Shown: piece by piece, positions 25,422 through 40,176 of the stretch
How positions within the stretch are numbered: the first letter of the stretch is position 1
Layout: every line of letters starts with the position of its first letter
DNA from: Tubiluchus corallicola
Taxonomy: Eukaryota; Animalia; Priapulida
Direction: 5' to 3'
Assembly: GCA_030141605.1 (NCBI GenBank)
Contig: JAQGDQ010000293.1
Span: forward strand, 230,190 to 294,189
DNA length: 64,000 nucleotides
Program-made: the position numbers and the translations under genes
Notes under the pieces: generated by a model
Seen by the model: only the letters and a program-made list of their open reading frames with translations
The model's database searches: none
What the model was told of the DNA's origin: nothing

Positions 25422-27277
25422 CCCCTAGGCTAATGAAATTATGGGCCTCCCCTCAGACGGAGCGATCCTCTAACTCCCCCCTACCCCTCTTGAATATTTT
25501 TACTCGTGATATATTTTAGCGACATTTAGATAACTTAAAATAAACTTGTTGCAAATTCTTTAAATAAACTAGAATAACTGTCTTTTCATTGTCACTAAAA
25601 ATATTCTTTAAGAAATGCCGATATTTTACTATTTATTGCTAACAAACTTAGCACATATTTCAACACAACCGTAGTGAAAAAACAAATTTTTACCAATTGT
25701 TATCAAAGGTTGAGGGGTCCCAGCTGTGAGCTTTATGAGCCCTAGGCTGCAGCCTGCTCTAGCCTATACGATAATCCGGTTCTGGTCATAGTTAATTTTA
25801 ATTTTCAAGTTTCAGTGCAATTAAAGTAAAGCACAGATCACTCTACGAATGTGGATGGACTACTGCAATTAAAGTATTTTATTTGAAGTACTTGCGAAAA
25901 TGAATTCGTAAGCGTAGCTATAAAAGCGGTTAAAATGACTACAGTTATTTGTGCTTTTGGTTAAATACCTGGAATATGTTCACTTGGAAGTAAAAAACAC
26001 GTGATTTCATTCTTTAGATAGGATGATTGTTAAATCAGTGTTTCCCACTTACTGTCCCGAATGTTATATACGTATGTGTTTTGAGTTTTGTCCGTTTCAT
26101 GAAGTTGTTTAGATATCAGCATGACAACCGACACTTACTGAAGTTGAGAACGTATTTATGTGATACGGGGCACGTGCACGCTATATATTTTACTCTCATT
26201 TACATTGGCATGTTAGGCATGCACTTCTTCCTGAAATGCACCTGTCGTACTAGTTTTTGCTAGCGTGGTGTCTTCAACTGGACTTTTTTATTTTCGATAA
26301 CCTTTCACGTGACATAGCAATTATATGATTTTTTCACTCACTGTATAAATCCGTACCAGGTGTATAGTAAACATGTGCTGCAACTTGCAAGCGTGCACTC
26401 GAGTGATAAGCAATCGTTTGATCTTCACGTAAACGAAAGTTTGGTACATAGAGGGTTAGCTTAAACAACTTTGTAAGATAATGCAGTAGTAGTGATAAGT
26501 GATAGTGCTGGAACGTGCTAGGACCAGCTGCCAGATAGGGATGACGTCACGTGTCGCTGGTCTAATGTGCTTATCGTGAACAGTAGCTGTATCACTCTAT
26601 GTTAAGTACTGTGAATAATAGTGACCGCTGAGTTTGTTTATAAACTTCTGCACAACCTACTTGTTATGTGATAACGTTTGTTTGGCGATGATGCGTCTAA
26701 GGCAGATATTGTACGTTATTTGATCAGTCGAATCAGTTTTGCAAGTAAAATATTTTAATCAGAAGTACTTTGTCATTTGTTACCTGTCAACTCAAAGTGG
26801 GACAATTTTAACTTAAGAAAACCGAAAAGCATTGCTGAAGAATTCGCAGAACTAACCGACACGTTTATTCTGCTTTTCCATAATTTCCATATTCTGAACG
26901 TCTATTAAAATGGTAGTAACCTTACAGTAGTTAGCAAATAGGATTTAAAATGCTTTTGATTGTCTCTTTATAGTTTCGTATTTTTAATTGGTCATGACTT
27001 TCATTTTTGTAAACTCACCGCACTCAGTGTTCTCCAATACAAGTGTTAATAAACCCTATACCCACCAACCTATCACATTAGTATCGCGAAGGAAAAATTT
27101 TGTGCAAAGTTTCGCAAAGTCTAACCTAGTATCTCGATGGTCTGCTATGTACGCGTAATTATGGTTGATAGTTGCGATAATGCCATAATAACGCATTCAA
27201 AGCCTCAATAGTATCCAACATCGGACTGTATTTAGACACGCGAGATTCGTGAGTGACAAGATCCTACTAATATGTAA

Positions 27278-27683
27278 GTGTGAGCATTCTCTACCTGAAA
27301 TCGAATTCGAATTGAATCGAATTTGTGACTTTCGAATTCGAGCCAAATCGAATTTCAGTATTTCGAATTCGATGTGAGTTTGAAAGATTTTCGAACAAGT
27401 TTTCCTACCCTCTGTAAAAAGCGGTTTTACAAAGATCATGCATAGGCCCTATTACTCGATTTCATTCTGAAATAAAATCACTAATAATTGGTTTGAAAAT
27501 TGCGCACAGAAATCGCTACTAAATTGTGCTAATTGCGCGATGTTTAAACCGTTTTAAGGACAAAAGAACGTACGTGGTTGAAGTGCTGAATTATTCGAAT
27601 CTATAAATTTAGGTTCGAATCGAATCGAATTCGAATTAAAAAACTCGTTCGAATCGAATTCGCACGTTCGTTGCTCACCCCTG
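27278..27683. mobile_element. Dispersed TIR element rich in (t)tcgaat; opposite-orientation copies at ~42668-42900 and ~48052-48330
   Basis: Termini gtgagca...tgctcacccctg. The internal sequence is the reverse complement of the 42.7 kb and 48.1 kb copies. Confidence 0.7.
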
Positions 27684-28203
27684 TTAATATGACCGAAATT
27701 GTAATAAGCCAGTTTTTTGGGACTTCAGAGGTGCGGCTTTGCGGTATGCTTGGCCAGTCGGTGTTTTTCATTGTTTGCATACACTGTAATGACTGGCTAG
27801 TACCGTTACGAAAACAGCTGTAGGACACGCGCTGCCAACAGCTGGCCGCGGAGGAAACACGTCGTTTGCTCTAAAATGCTAGGAGGAATCAACTTGCTGT
27901 CCCGTTTTGCCAAGACAGGTTGCTCCCCTAGACATCACGGCTTTATCATTAAAGTGTTGAATAACTTTGGTTTTCTGGACCTATTGCAAGAACGGAGCCC
28001 AAATGGCAATTTTATTGTAATTCAGTTATTGTCAAAAAAATATTTCTTGGCGGCGTGGCCTGTAGGCTAAAATACCACAACGAACGCTTAAACAAAGGCC
28101 TGTTTTAATATTGTTTGCTGTTAAATTGCTATTTAAACAATCACATTTGTTTGCTTGCAGTTTACAATTTGTTAATAGTTCTGTAATTGCAGGTGGTATT
28201 GGC

Positions 28204-31200
28204 ATGGAGCAACGTGAAATGAAGAAAGTAGAAAGAGGAGCTAGTTTTACAGTAGCTTCTCTTATAGGAGACAACAGCCGGTCTCCTCCGACATCGAAGA
28301 AATTTAAGAGACGGGAAACCGAACGTTCTTGTTTGAATGATGTTCAAATTCTGTCGTCGTGTCTTCCTATCAAAGTCGAAAAAATTCTGGACAGTCATGA
28401 AAGCCGTGTGCATTGTAATTCCCAATCAGAATCTTCTTTAAAAAGGCACAAACGGAAATCCTCGGATCCCAAAAAGCGACCGGACTGTGTTCCTGTGAAA
28501 CGAACTTGCATTCAGGGCACAACGGATGACAACCCTAATGCTAATGTGGAAGATCCTTATGAGTATGAGCAGTTCAGTGATGAAGAGCATAGTGAGAAGA
28601 CTTGCAATAACACCGAACCATCAAACTGCTTACCAAAGAAAAATTTACCTCACGAGTGTGACTCAGAGACTACTGGGAGGATAAAAAGGGTTGATCATGC
28701 AAAAAGAACAAATTCTTGTGGTTTTAAAACAAAAGCTCTTGCAAATGAGAAGAACTGTAGCAGCCACAAAGCCAGTAGCATCGCAACAAAGAACAGTGGT
28801 GATTGTAAAATAATTGACAGCAGAAACAAATCAAGATTTTTTGTTGAGCAAAGTCCCACGTTTTCTAGTCATTCTGGCAGCGAATCCGACTGTAGTGGGC
28901 GGAGCAGTGAGGGTAGTTTGGGTGTCTCTCACGAAGTTATTCGAATCCCCAAGCCACATTTCTACCATCATGCTGAACCCATGGGATTTCCCATCGGACA
29001 GAAACCCGCTTCGTTTCTGGAACATTCCATTTCCAGTGCGGTTCCCAGTGTTATACCTTCCCCTCTGCCAAATCGTAGTCGAAGCCACTCTAGTCAGAAC
29101 ACTTCTTACCGCGGTGCTGCGTTGCCGAAAACTGAAAACACTCAACATTCTCGAAAGACCAAGCAGCGAAATTACAAGAACATGAGTCGCGATCGGCGCG
29201 TGGAAGCGAACGCACGCGAACGTTCGCGCGTCCACACGATCTCAGCAGCGTTCGAGAGTCTTCGACGGGCGGTACCATCGTATTCCTACAATCAAAAACT
29301 GTCAAAGCTTGCCATATTGCGGATAGCCTGCTGTTATATCATGGCGTTGGGCAAACTGGCAAATACTGATGTCAGCTATCCACCAACAGACGATATGAGC
29401 TTTGGCGACTGCGTGGACATGTGTACTAAAACAATACAAATGGAGGGAAAGGCTAGACGGCGGAAGGTAAGGCCAATACCTTCCATTTATAACACCTGCA
29501 ATTTACACTGTGATTTATCATTCTCGTGTGCTGTATGTTTCTGTTTGGAAAAGAACATGTCTTTGTTTTTGAATGACTTTGATATTTTGATATGTCACCT
29601 TGAATAATGAAAAGTATAGATTCTATTATCTTTCTCCTTTTGAGGCAGATTGACCAGCAGATCACTAAGTACTTTAGGTATAAGTTTAGGTAGCAGGCTT
29701 AAGTACAGATCTGTTCATTCAGGGAAGCATTTGCAACTACTATAGCCCTGAAAATTCATAATTAGAAATTTTACATCGATCCGCAATACTTCTTTTACTT
29801 TTTGTCTACCGTGTCATAGCTTCCATTATCCACCAATAATGGAAGTTAGATAAACGTTTTTGATCATAACTTTTTTATACTAAACTATTTCTGTGACTTT
29901 CACAAACCTCGTGACCCCCCTCCCGTATAACAGACTTCAAGCAAGTGAAAGCTCTCCTCTCCTCTTCTCTGAGCTGAGCACATTACTTATAATCGTGCAA
30001 CTCGTTGGCGGAATAAATTTTGAAGCTAATCTTCGGCAAAATCAGACTGGCACTGAAGGCAGTATTAACTAGTTTCTCCTGTAGGATTCAGACACAGATG
30101 TTCTTGGTTGGGATCAATACATCCCACCGAGTATGTGCAGCCAATCCTTATATACATCAGGCTATAATGCATACATCGTGCACAGCTGGTTAAACCTGTA
30201 ACTGACTGTCAACGCTAAACGATGAAATATAAAATCGGCAAGTGTGCAAATACGCCGTGGCAGAATAGACTCTCTGTAATTTACGGTTAAAGCATCTGTA
30301 TGGCTTTGATACAAGAAGTAATGAAAATTTGTTGGTGCTATAAGCCAAGTGTCGTATCGTTCATTAAATGGTGGGTTGAGCCACGTTGGTTTACCGTTAC
30401 GGTGCGGAATGCAATTACGGTAGATTAGCGGCTCGGTTCGTCCCAAAGTGAAGCATCACTAGTGCCGGTGGGTGCATCTGAACATTGCAGAATCTGCAGT
30501 TAGACTCAGTTTTTCGGAAAGAGCTTACGATTCCCCACACAAATGAACCCTAACCCTAGCCTAGCCCGAACGCTAACTCAAATCTAATCCATTTCACGAA
30601 CTAATTTCATGTCTGTGGGGAATTGCAACTTTAGTCCACTTTTCATCTAAAATAAATGATAAAATACACTATATATTATACGGGGGATAAAGCTTCCAAG
30701 GCCCATCTAGAGATTAAGATGTTCGTGTTAAAATTCATTAAGTATAATTATTAAGTCTCTTCATACCAGTCTCATCCCACAGTTCAAGAACCAATATCCT
30801 GTGCCAATAATTGCGAACAAGAGTTTCTTCTTTGAGTGCCAGATGACTTGTGTATGGCGAATTGTTAAAATACTTACTGTGGGCTTATATCCTATCTGGT
30901 GCAACGGCTACTTGAGGTTAACTTTTGAACTAAAAATTGTATACTTTGTGATTTGTTGAAGCTCTTTTAATCTGTACAATACTAACGATACTAACTAGAT
31001 TGATAGTTTCAGCTTGTGCGGTACATGCAAAAATTTAAATTTTAGGTTTTTTTAGACTTAATATAGCTTAAAGAAGTACAATTTAAACTTACTGAGAAAA
31101 GTTAGACCTAATAAATTTGTCTGTTAAGATCAGGGCCGGGTTATCCTATAGGCTAGTATAGGGATGCCTACACGGTACATGCAAAAATTTTAGGTTTTCT

Positions 31201-34200
31201 TAGACTTAATATAGCTTAAAGAAGTACAATTTAAACTAACTGGGAAAAGTTAGACGTAATAAATTTGTCTGTTAAGATCAGGTTACTAAAAGATTTGGAA
31301 AAATCTGTTTATCTTTTTCGCCACTGTTTTGTTGAAATATGTGCTAATTTGCTTTTGCTTAAAGAATTTGCAATAAGTTTTCTCCAACCTACGTCGTTAA
31401 AATGTATCACCAGTAAAAATATACAAGACGTGTGTGAGAGAGTTAGAGGGTGGCTCCATCTTGTGGGGTAATTTCGTTAACCTATAGGGGTTCATAATCC
31501 GGTTCTTGTTGGGATATAGATCAGAACTACAGTTAATGACTTTGCACCTGCGCATCATCAAAATTAATCTTCTCAGAAATTTGAACAAACGTGAACTGTT
31601 GTGACAACTGATATTGCACTACCTGTATTTTTGCAGGTTTCAGAGGCAGCCCTTGCAGCAGAAATGGCGAATGGTTCAGAGTGACGTGTTTATTGGCCTA
31701 GAAAGGTACTTTTTGTAATAAAATGATAAATAACTTAGCAGTTGTTTAAATTAAACTTGTAGTCAAAAAAACGAAAGAATATATGATATTAATTTTTATG
31801 CTGGAGTGCCGTCAGATGCATTCTGTTTCTTAGATAGTGATGCAGTTTTCCGATTTGTTCAATAATGAACAGCTTGTTCGCTCAAATGTGGACATTTGCT
31901 GCACGTCAAAACTGGATAAAGCGATGTATTGTAATCCGTGTACTGCAAAATATTGTCAGTCTTGCTTTGTTCCAGTTGTGTTTACATTGCCGTATTGTGG
32001 GAGGGGGAGCGAAATTTCTGTTTCACTAGTTTTTCTCCAACACCACCAACGTTCGTAAGCATTTCCATATTCCAAACAAATTTTCACTGCTTACTATAGC
32101 CCAAACTAAACAAAACCAAATGTAGTAACCAGGTAAGTAATTATTGTCAATATCTACGACACTTGCGTTGTTTTAACGTATGTGTGTTGCCTACACCGTC
32201 CACCGTGCGGAGCCACAGTATCCAAGGCTGAATTTTTTTAACTTTAGTTTAGCGTAAAGCAGTCAGTAAGTTGCAGGTAAAGATTGTGAACCTCGTACGT
32301 ATATTTCTGTGGTCACATTCTGTCTGTGGAGCGCTCTAGGAACCACTACAAGTATATATAATATCACCTGTCCAAAAAATGCGAAAGTCAGAGCAAGCTC
32401 ATAATTTGACAACAAACATTCATAGGGCCGTAAATTAGGCCGTTTTAATAAAGGGACGTGTCCTACAAAAAATCCTATAGAAAGAGCTTTGATTGTACTG
32501 TCTCAGATTTGGAAAAAGTTTCCGTTTTTTCTCATCCACCGGCAGTTGCTGTGATTGTTTTGCCAAAAATGGTCTAACCCTTAGCTAAGGGTAAGCTAAA
32601 ATTAAATCTTCAGCTTTGGACACTGTAGACCACATACCCAGCTAATTTGTCTTTAGGGAGTTTTGCTGTAAGGCAACATTAGCTGCATAATTATTGAGTT
32701 TACTTATTTATTTGGCTTTGTTTATTTTCGGCAATAGTAAGACAATGAAAATTTGTTTGCAATGTAGACATTCTCAGGAGACTTGCTGGGGTGGTGGATA
32801 ACGGTGCATTTCAGTGCTCTTAAGTCTTTATGCACTTAGACACTAAGTAGTAAATTTCGAAATGCACTGAAATGCTTTAATAAAAAGACTTGACAAGTTT
32901 CTCAAAATAATGGTTCTCAGTTATTCAACATGAAGACGAATTAAGCTTAAAGAATAGGACAAGTCACTTAGCGCGTTGGGTTTATTTTACTGTAATCACT
33001 TAAACTGTTTGAGGTGTGTTAAAGAAAAGGACAAGTCGCATAGCATGTTGGGTTTATTTTACTGTAATCACTTAAACTGTTTGTGGAGTGTTAAAGAAAA
33101 GGACAAGTCACATAGCATGTTGGGTTTATTTCAATGTTACCTCTTAAACTGTTTGTGGTGTGTTAAAGAAAAGGACAAGTCACATAGCATGTTGGGTTTA
33201 TTTTACTGTAATCACTTAAACTGTTTGTGGTGTGTTAAAGAAAAGGACAAGTCACTTAGCACGTTGGGTTTATTTTACTGTGTTTACTAAAACTTAGAAA
33301 AATATAATAAAGAAATTGGCAACAAAAAACTACTTATAAACTATAAAATTAATTTATACTACCACTGTGTAAAAATTTTTAGGCTCAGTGGTAGCCGCCA
33401 TTCACTTGAAAATTATGACGTAACCGGTGGGCTTCATGACCCTTTCGTAAGCGCATTGTGTCTTTCCGTAAGCGCGAGCTGTTTAAACTAATTCAGACTT
33501 TTGCAGATTTCTTAATGTTCATGCAAAAACATCACAAAATTAGCTACCTAATTTTTTGTGAAAACCTATTACACTTTCGACTTGCGTTACTTTTCTTCAG
33601 TTGATGAACAACGTCATTGGTGGAAAAATGGACGGTTAAACAAAGCGTGAAACGATCGCGACTTTAAAGTGATTATACTAATTGCACGTGGCGCTTGTCG
33701 CATTTTATTATTAAATTCTTTTAACATTTTTCACGAACATTGATATATACTGAAAGAGAATATGAAGCATTGAATTCGTAACAATAATTACTGTATTTTA
33801 ATTATCAACACGCGTTACTAGTTTGTGATTTTTATTTATTTTATTGTTCAGTTCAAATGAAATTTTAGGCTGCTTTTGTTAACTCTAACCATAAAAACCG
33901 TGTTTTCTACCATTTTACACGTGGGGTGAAAGCATTCCCATATTTTCTTATAATATTTACAATACATTGGTTGTACGTACACCCTACATGTTGCCTTCGT
34001 ATACGATTGCGCTTGCCGTGAACGTTCGTCCGGATGTGTGTGAATAGGCCTTAAAGTTTTGTTTGATATGGCAGTATTTTGTAGGTTTAAGTCGTCCTAT
34101 AATTTCGAAAACAGATAAGCAGCTGGTTTCATACGCCAAATCATCTGTTATTGCCGCTGGACTGTCAATGCCTGGCAAATTTGTTCCCTATGCTCAAGAC

Positions 34201-37200
34201 TTATTATTCTGTGTGCATTATGCATGAATTGGCTAAGCGATCACTTTCCAGCATGAGCCACATTAGTAGCTGCGCTTGAACACCTGCTGTCCCGGGGAAG
34301 CCACGCCTTTTTATGGATCACATGACACGCTTAATTAATGCTACAATGTTTCCACTTAGTGAAGGGTTGCTTTCAATCGAAAATGCTTCAGTCTGATTGC
34401 TTGAGGCTGAAGAAAAACCCAGTTAAACCTAGTAAAGTAATCCTTTTTTGGACCAAGTAAAAATCACTTTTGGAAAAAAGCGAACATTCAAGGATCGACA
34501 CAACGTTGCAAAATCAAAAGTAAAGAAACTTCGCTAAAAGTCATAGTTGGTTTTTCGATACCGTAGTCTGACATCACAAACTCGAATCGAAAATAACACT
34601 TATAGACAGTATTGACGGAGCGTGGCTAAACGAAAATTTTTATTAAAGAACAAGAATAGGGGTATCTGAAGTATGTTTCAGAAAAATCGCCTTAAAAATT
34701 ATATTACTTTATAGCAATTTTATGCGTATACCGTACTCGCGTTGAAAAGAGTTTTTGTTGGTTTTCATTTTAAATCACCCGCAAAACTGCTTCGACGGCG
34801 CCATTTCATGCTGTCACATACGTACAATGTAAATCAGGAGAAAAAGGGTGCACCACTCACCAACCAAAAACGTATTTTTAATCTTATTGACAAGATACAG
34901 TAATTTTAAATTTTACTTAGTTAGTGAGGTGTGCGCTACGAATGTTCTGATTATTTTTTCGAACATTACACAATATTATCTAAACTTGTTTCAAATGACT
35001 TATCGTCAAAATGGTTGCGTTTAACGGTCATCGCGGGAGTTTAAATTTACATGTTTTATACCGCGTTATTGCCAACGTTAGTCTAATATGCAAAAAGGCA
35101 GTATGTAACTGGTATAAAATTTCAAGACGAATTTTTCAGTTTTACATAAGTTGAGGGTTTTCTTGTGCTTTAATATTCACATACAAGAACCTCTGAGAAA
35201 GGCTATATAGTGCCACTTAGTCCACTGTAGTTTCCTTATTTATATCCTGATGGTTCTTGTCTGTTCCCCATCTCAGTTGTCATATTCTGTGTGTCTATTG
35301 CTTTGTTCTGCGAAACTGGGAAAGAAAAGTCAAATTCGTGTCGCCCTGGACCCTTTTTAGCGCTGATTGTATTCAGGCCAAATCGCAGACCCCTTTACTG
35401 CACCTGGTTTTAAACCAATTAGACAGATATGTTCAAATGGGGCCTCGCGCGAAGATCACATGCTCGAGCGGAGGACGTTATGATGAAGTAATGAGTGTCC
35501 AGTGTGCATGAAGTTTGTTGATACTAAGAACACAGTGAAGCGATTCTCATATACTTACGTTTCAATGTTTTTTAGTGATCGCTTATTTTTTTTATTTTTT
35601 TTTGTAATTTCAGTTTGTAGTCGCCACTTACCTTTTTAAAAAAGATATTTACCGAGCCCTATATGCATTAGGTAGATCGTCATTTGATTTTAATTTTACT
35701 AATTTGTCGACGATATTCAAACCATCAACACAGAAAGAGCACTGTTGATGAGATTATATAACATGAAGCTTGGAATATAAAGTTGTGTTGTTTGTTAAAT
35801 ATGTCAGTGGCGTTTATACTGTTCTGCAGCATTTATAGGGCAGAGAGCACAACTAGCAATTTTCTAATTGGGCCTAGCACCGGCCTGATCGTAGGACTTT
35901 TGATTTATAGCCTGGGAATCTTGCACTCTAGGTCTTCTACTTGTATAATAATACCTTCCCGTTTCTGTAAAACGGACTGTTGCATTTTTAGGGAGTGTCT
36001 TGGTGGCTAGAGACAGCCCCGTGTTGCAAATCCCACAGCAGTGACGCAGGTGGCGCAACTGCAGCTCAGGTCGCGTGCCCTGTTCCCTAGTAGAGGTACT
36101 TGAAGTCAAGCTCTTAACCAGATTGTGAGCAGGTGGACTTGGCTCTCTCATGCAGTCACTGCTGTGTAATTAAGATGAGTCTATTTTTCATTAGCCACGT
36201 GCAGTGGCTCTCAATAATCATGGTAAACTGAGGGCATTATGCTGTAGCAGAATGAATTGATAGAATATTAGGACTTTGTCTAACTGTGCGTAGGATTACG
36301 TAAATGTTTTTGTTTGAAGATAAACTATAATGCAAAGAGCACACGTGAGAAAACAAATATGATATTTAAAAAGTGTTAGGATTCGAATTCGAAACTCTAT
36401 GCTCGGCATTCATCGTTGTTACCCAGCAAAAGATAGTAGTTGAAGGTGATACAGCTGGTGATACAGATATTTTTCTAATAATTATTTTACGAGAAATCTT
36501 CAAGAAAACGTTTTTAGAATATAATTCAGCATCATAATATTTGAATTAAACTAAATATTTTTTCATTTATTAAATGTATGTTATTTGTTTATAGTCGTTT
36601 TTATATATAATTATTTTGCTGCTTCCGAAAAATAGTTAATTATCTGATAATTGTGGTTTATATATATATGTATGATGGAATGAATTAAATGTAATGTAAA
36701 AACACACAAAGTGGGTCAAATGTATTTTTTTATTTTAATCACTTCTATTGAAAATTTTCTTTAAAACCCAATCTTAAACTGTAGGTCAAAACAATCTACT
36801 CTTTAAAATATGGAAAGGAAACATACTATTTTTTCCAAAATGATTTGCGTGAAAGAATTATCACCACACAAACACAATTTCACGTTCGCGCCACTAGTTC
36901 TTCGCTGCTACATGCATTTTGCCATTCGCTTGTTAAACGAGCGTTAGCGCCTGCATTTCGGAAACGCATTGCACAAAAACAGGTGCTGTAGCTGTACCTA
37001 TCAGTTCAGATGCGATAGTTTGTGACGAACTACACACGTTCGACAGCTTATGCGTAAGCACAGCGTAAATTTGAAATTTGAATTTTTATTTTAAAACTTG
37101 TCTAGTTTTGTACATCAATTTTCGCTTTCGCAAACACGTACAATACCCTCGTGGAATATTTTTGCTGTTGAAAATTATGTTAGTTTGTGATGGCATCAAT

Positions 37201-40123
37201 AGTTGAGCTCGCACGCCGTTAATTAAGATTTTAATCTATTATTTAATTATCGCAAACGCTTTTGCAATATCAATCGTGTTAAAATGTATACTTTTTATTG
37301 GACTTGAAAATGGGATAGTATAGGAAAAATCACCGTCTTCCTATAAAGCTTACCTTTCATTCAAAAATTTAAGTTACACGTATTTACTTAGTTTTTATCT
37401 CTATAAAAATAATAGGGCTACGGACTTATAGCCCCGCTAAATTTTCCAATTTGATTTTAAACTTTAGAAAAACGCCACTGTAAGAATGCTGAAATTTGAA
37501 AAAAGTCAGAAACATCACTTTGATGGTTGATTTCGAAGCCAAAATATGGCGCGTGAGTTAACTACATCCCTTTCTGCCTCGGTAATAGCCCTTCTTCTGG
37601 ACCAGCTGTGCAGCGGTAATTATGATAATATTCTGTTCTGATTAATCCAGAGCGTGAGCTGTTCAACCCACGCTGGGTGCGAATGACAGAGGATTAATCC
37701 AGCAAACTCTCCACGCTCTTGCAATTTCATTTTAACCCTTTCGTGCAACTCGAAGGTAATTGAATGTCAAATGAAGTTGTGATAATGGCTAAACACAGAA
37801 TTATATGTAGTACTGGTTTGACGTAAATACTGAAATACTAAATGCGGGGCTCGTTGTTAAGATAAATAGGCTTTCCAGCATTTTTCGATGCCGCAGAAAA
37901 TGTTCTTAGCTTATTATTATCGTTAAACGGAAAAACGTATCGGAAAATATATCGATACTACTAGGAATTCCGCGCGCATTATTGATTATTAAGTGTAAAA
38001 TCGCTAAGTTGTCTGCAAGGTCGCCAAATGATAGCAGTTCCAAAGCATAAGTCAAAAGTTGCTGTTCAGTAATAATGAATACTTTATAATAATAATAATA
38101 ATGATAAAATATGTATTGAGTTTTGTAACGTTACCCTTTCCAGACAGCCATATACTTCCCATTTGAGAATTCCTTTCTCTTTTCACCTTCCCCCTCTCCT
38201 TCTGTTTTTCTCTCGCATGCTACCTCTCCCCCCCCCTCTCTCTCTCCCATTGAAATGTAAGTCGTTTTCTAACAAGAAAAATTCTTCTGTAGTTCAAAAG
38301 TTTGCGCCACTTCGCAGACATCAGTTCCGTATATAATTAAGCATCTTTACTGTCTGTCTGTTTTTCCCACGGATTGCGGCTGCTACATTCAGTTTACCAG
38401 GAAGTATTTCAGTGATAGTATGTAAAGCAAGATGGTGGCATGCTATTCAGATCGTTTATTAGCCGGTATTTTTAGCTTGGCGCGCCTCGCCTGGCTTTAA
38501 CAGGCCTATATTTGTGCAGTGCCAGAAGTATTTTGCTATCATGGTTTCACACAGCTGTGTGGGGCAAGCCAGATGGTGGATACACGGGCTGTGCCATTTC
38601 CAGCAGGGGTGTGTCGTTCAGATGTGCAGCCAAATTACAGTAATATGGATATCTAGAATAAAAATGTTCAGTACATATACGTAAATTTCAATGTATTAGT
38701 AAAACTAAAATATTTTATGTTTTTACATTCATTCTAGCTTAATAATTGAAATGCAAATAAAGTCCACGTGTATACTATATTAGATTTTATTGCTTTACCC
38801 AATGGGTCAAGTTATTACTATATAGGTTAGTCATTAGTGTCTTGATTAGCACAACTGTCCAAAGTTCAGAGAATACATGTGCAAGCCCTACGCAGGAGCA
38901 AAATTTTCCAGGCTTTCCATTTTATTCTTGCTTGTAATATTATTGCGCATACAGATAATGACTGACAGTGAATTAGTGGTAGGATGGTCAAGCAATTAGC
39001 AAGTTGGGTGAATTTTATTCCGCAGGAACCTTTTCCATTTTACACCATAAAGGGCATAATTACGTTTGCCCCCTCTACCAAGTCATCCCTTTACGACAAT
39101 GGAACGTTCGCCGCGAAGCCAATCACGAACATCTGTCCGCGTTGGAGAAGTAAACAAGCGGGTAGAAAATATGCGGGAAGCAGAATTCCTGGCGGGCTTG
39201 AAACTTCACATCTGCTGAGTAATACTGCGCATCCCGAGTCAGTAATTCACTGCCTGTACGTGCCATTATGTTGCACATGGGGGAGACTGTAAGGAGAGCG
39301 CGATGGATAAAGGGAAGACGACTTGAAAAGTAATCGCATGTAGCGACAGTGAATCACCGTTCTATTTGGCGTTATCACTTTGATTATCGTTGTTAAATAA
39401 AAGCTAGCATTTTTACCATATCTCTGCTCTACATTATCAGACTGTTTCAAAAATTAAGTGGTACTAGCGGTATGCTGAATAAGAAACAAGCATCTATGTT
39501 TTCTTAACATTATTAACTAAAATATTGTGTAAAAATGTATACGTTTTGAACGAGGTAGCAAATTATCAAACATGTCTATAGAGGTACGCTAGTCTGGCAT
39601 ATTAATTAGGAAGGCTACCAGTGCCTACCACTTTTATCGACCTCCGTCACCGTTTTTAAATTTACTATGTTTATCGTTCACTCGTTCGTTTGCTTGTTTG
39701 TCATTCACTCAATTTCTAATTCATTCATTTCCTTCGTTCGTGTGTTGTTTACTCACTGTTCACTCATCCCCATCTACTATCGTTCTTTTTTGACTTTGTT
39801 CCTACGGGAAACGGCCACCCCTCGCTGAAATGCAGTGGACCGTATCATCAGCAGTAATGTCAGGAATGCTGAGAAACCAGCTGGTGTTTTACTCAGCTGC
39901 TGTTTGACTGGTTATAGCGGTGTGTGAAACCAGAAACCAGCCCCATACTTCTCTCCCCCTCCGTGGTTGCCCATATAAGAGCATTGTTGTTGTTGTGAGG
40001 ATATTCAAGATGAATAGATATGAAACACATTTCTGAAAAATATGCTTTGACTGTCATGTTGTCCGTAGGCTTATTCATACTGGAAATATCCGCGCTAGCC
40101 AGTTTGCGTATGTGCAAGACTTT

Positions 40124-40176
<53 letters not shown>

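Noticed and set aside
29467-29607. ORF-track C-terminal extension of ATOH8 (VRPIPSIY...), and its N-terminal extension 28111-28203
   Set aside because: The C-terminal extension reads through a consensus donor at 29467, and the N-terminal extension lies mostly upstream of the acceptor at 28192.
30545-30580. Telomere-like aaccctaaccct
   Set aside because: Only about two degenerate units; common inside interspersed repeats.
37595-37685. tRNA/SINE-like A- and B-box pattern
   Set aside because: No convincing cloverleaf; at most a decayed SINE head.
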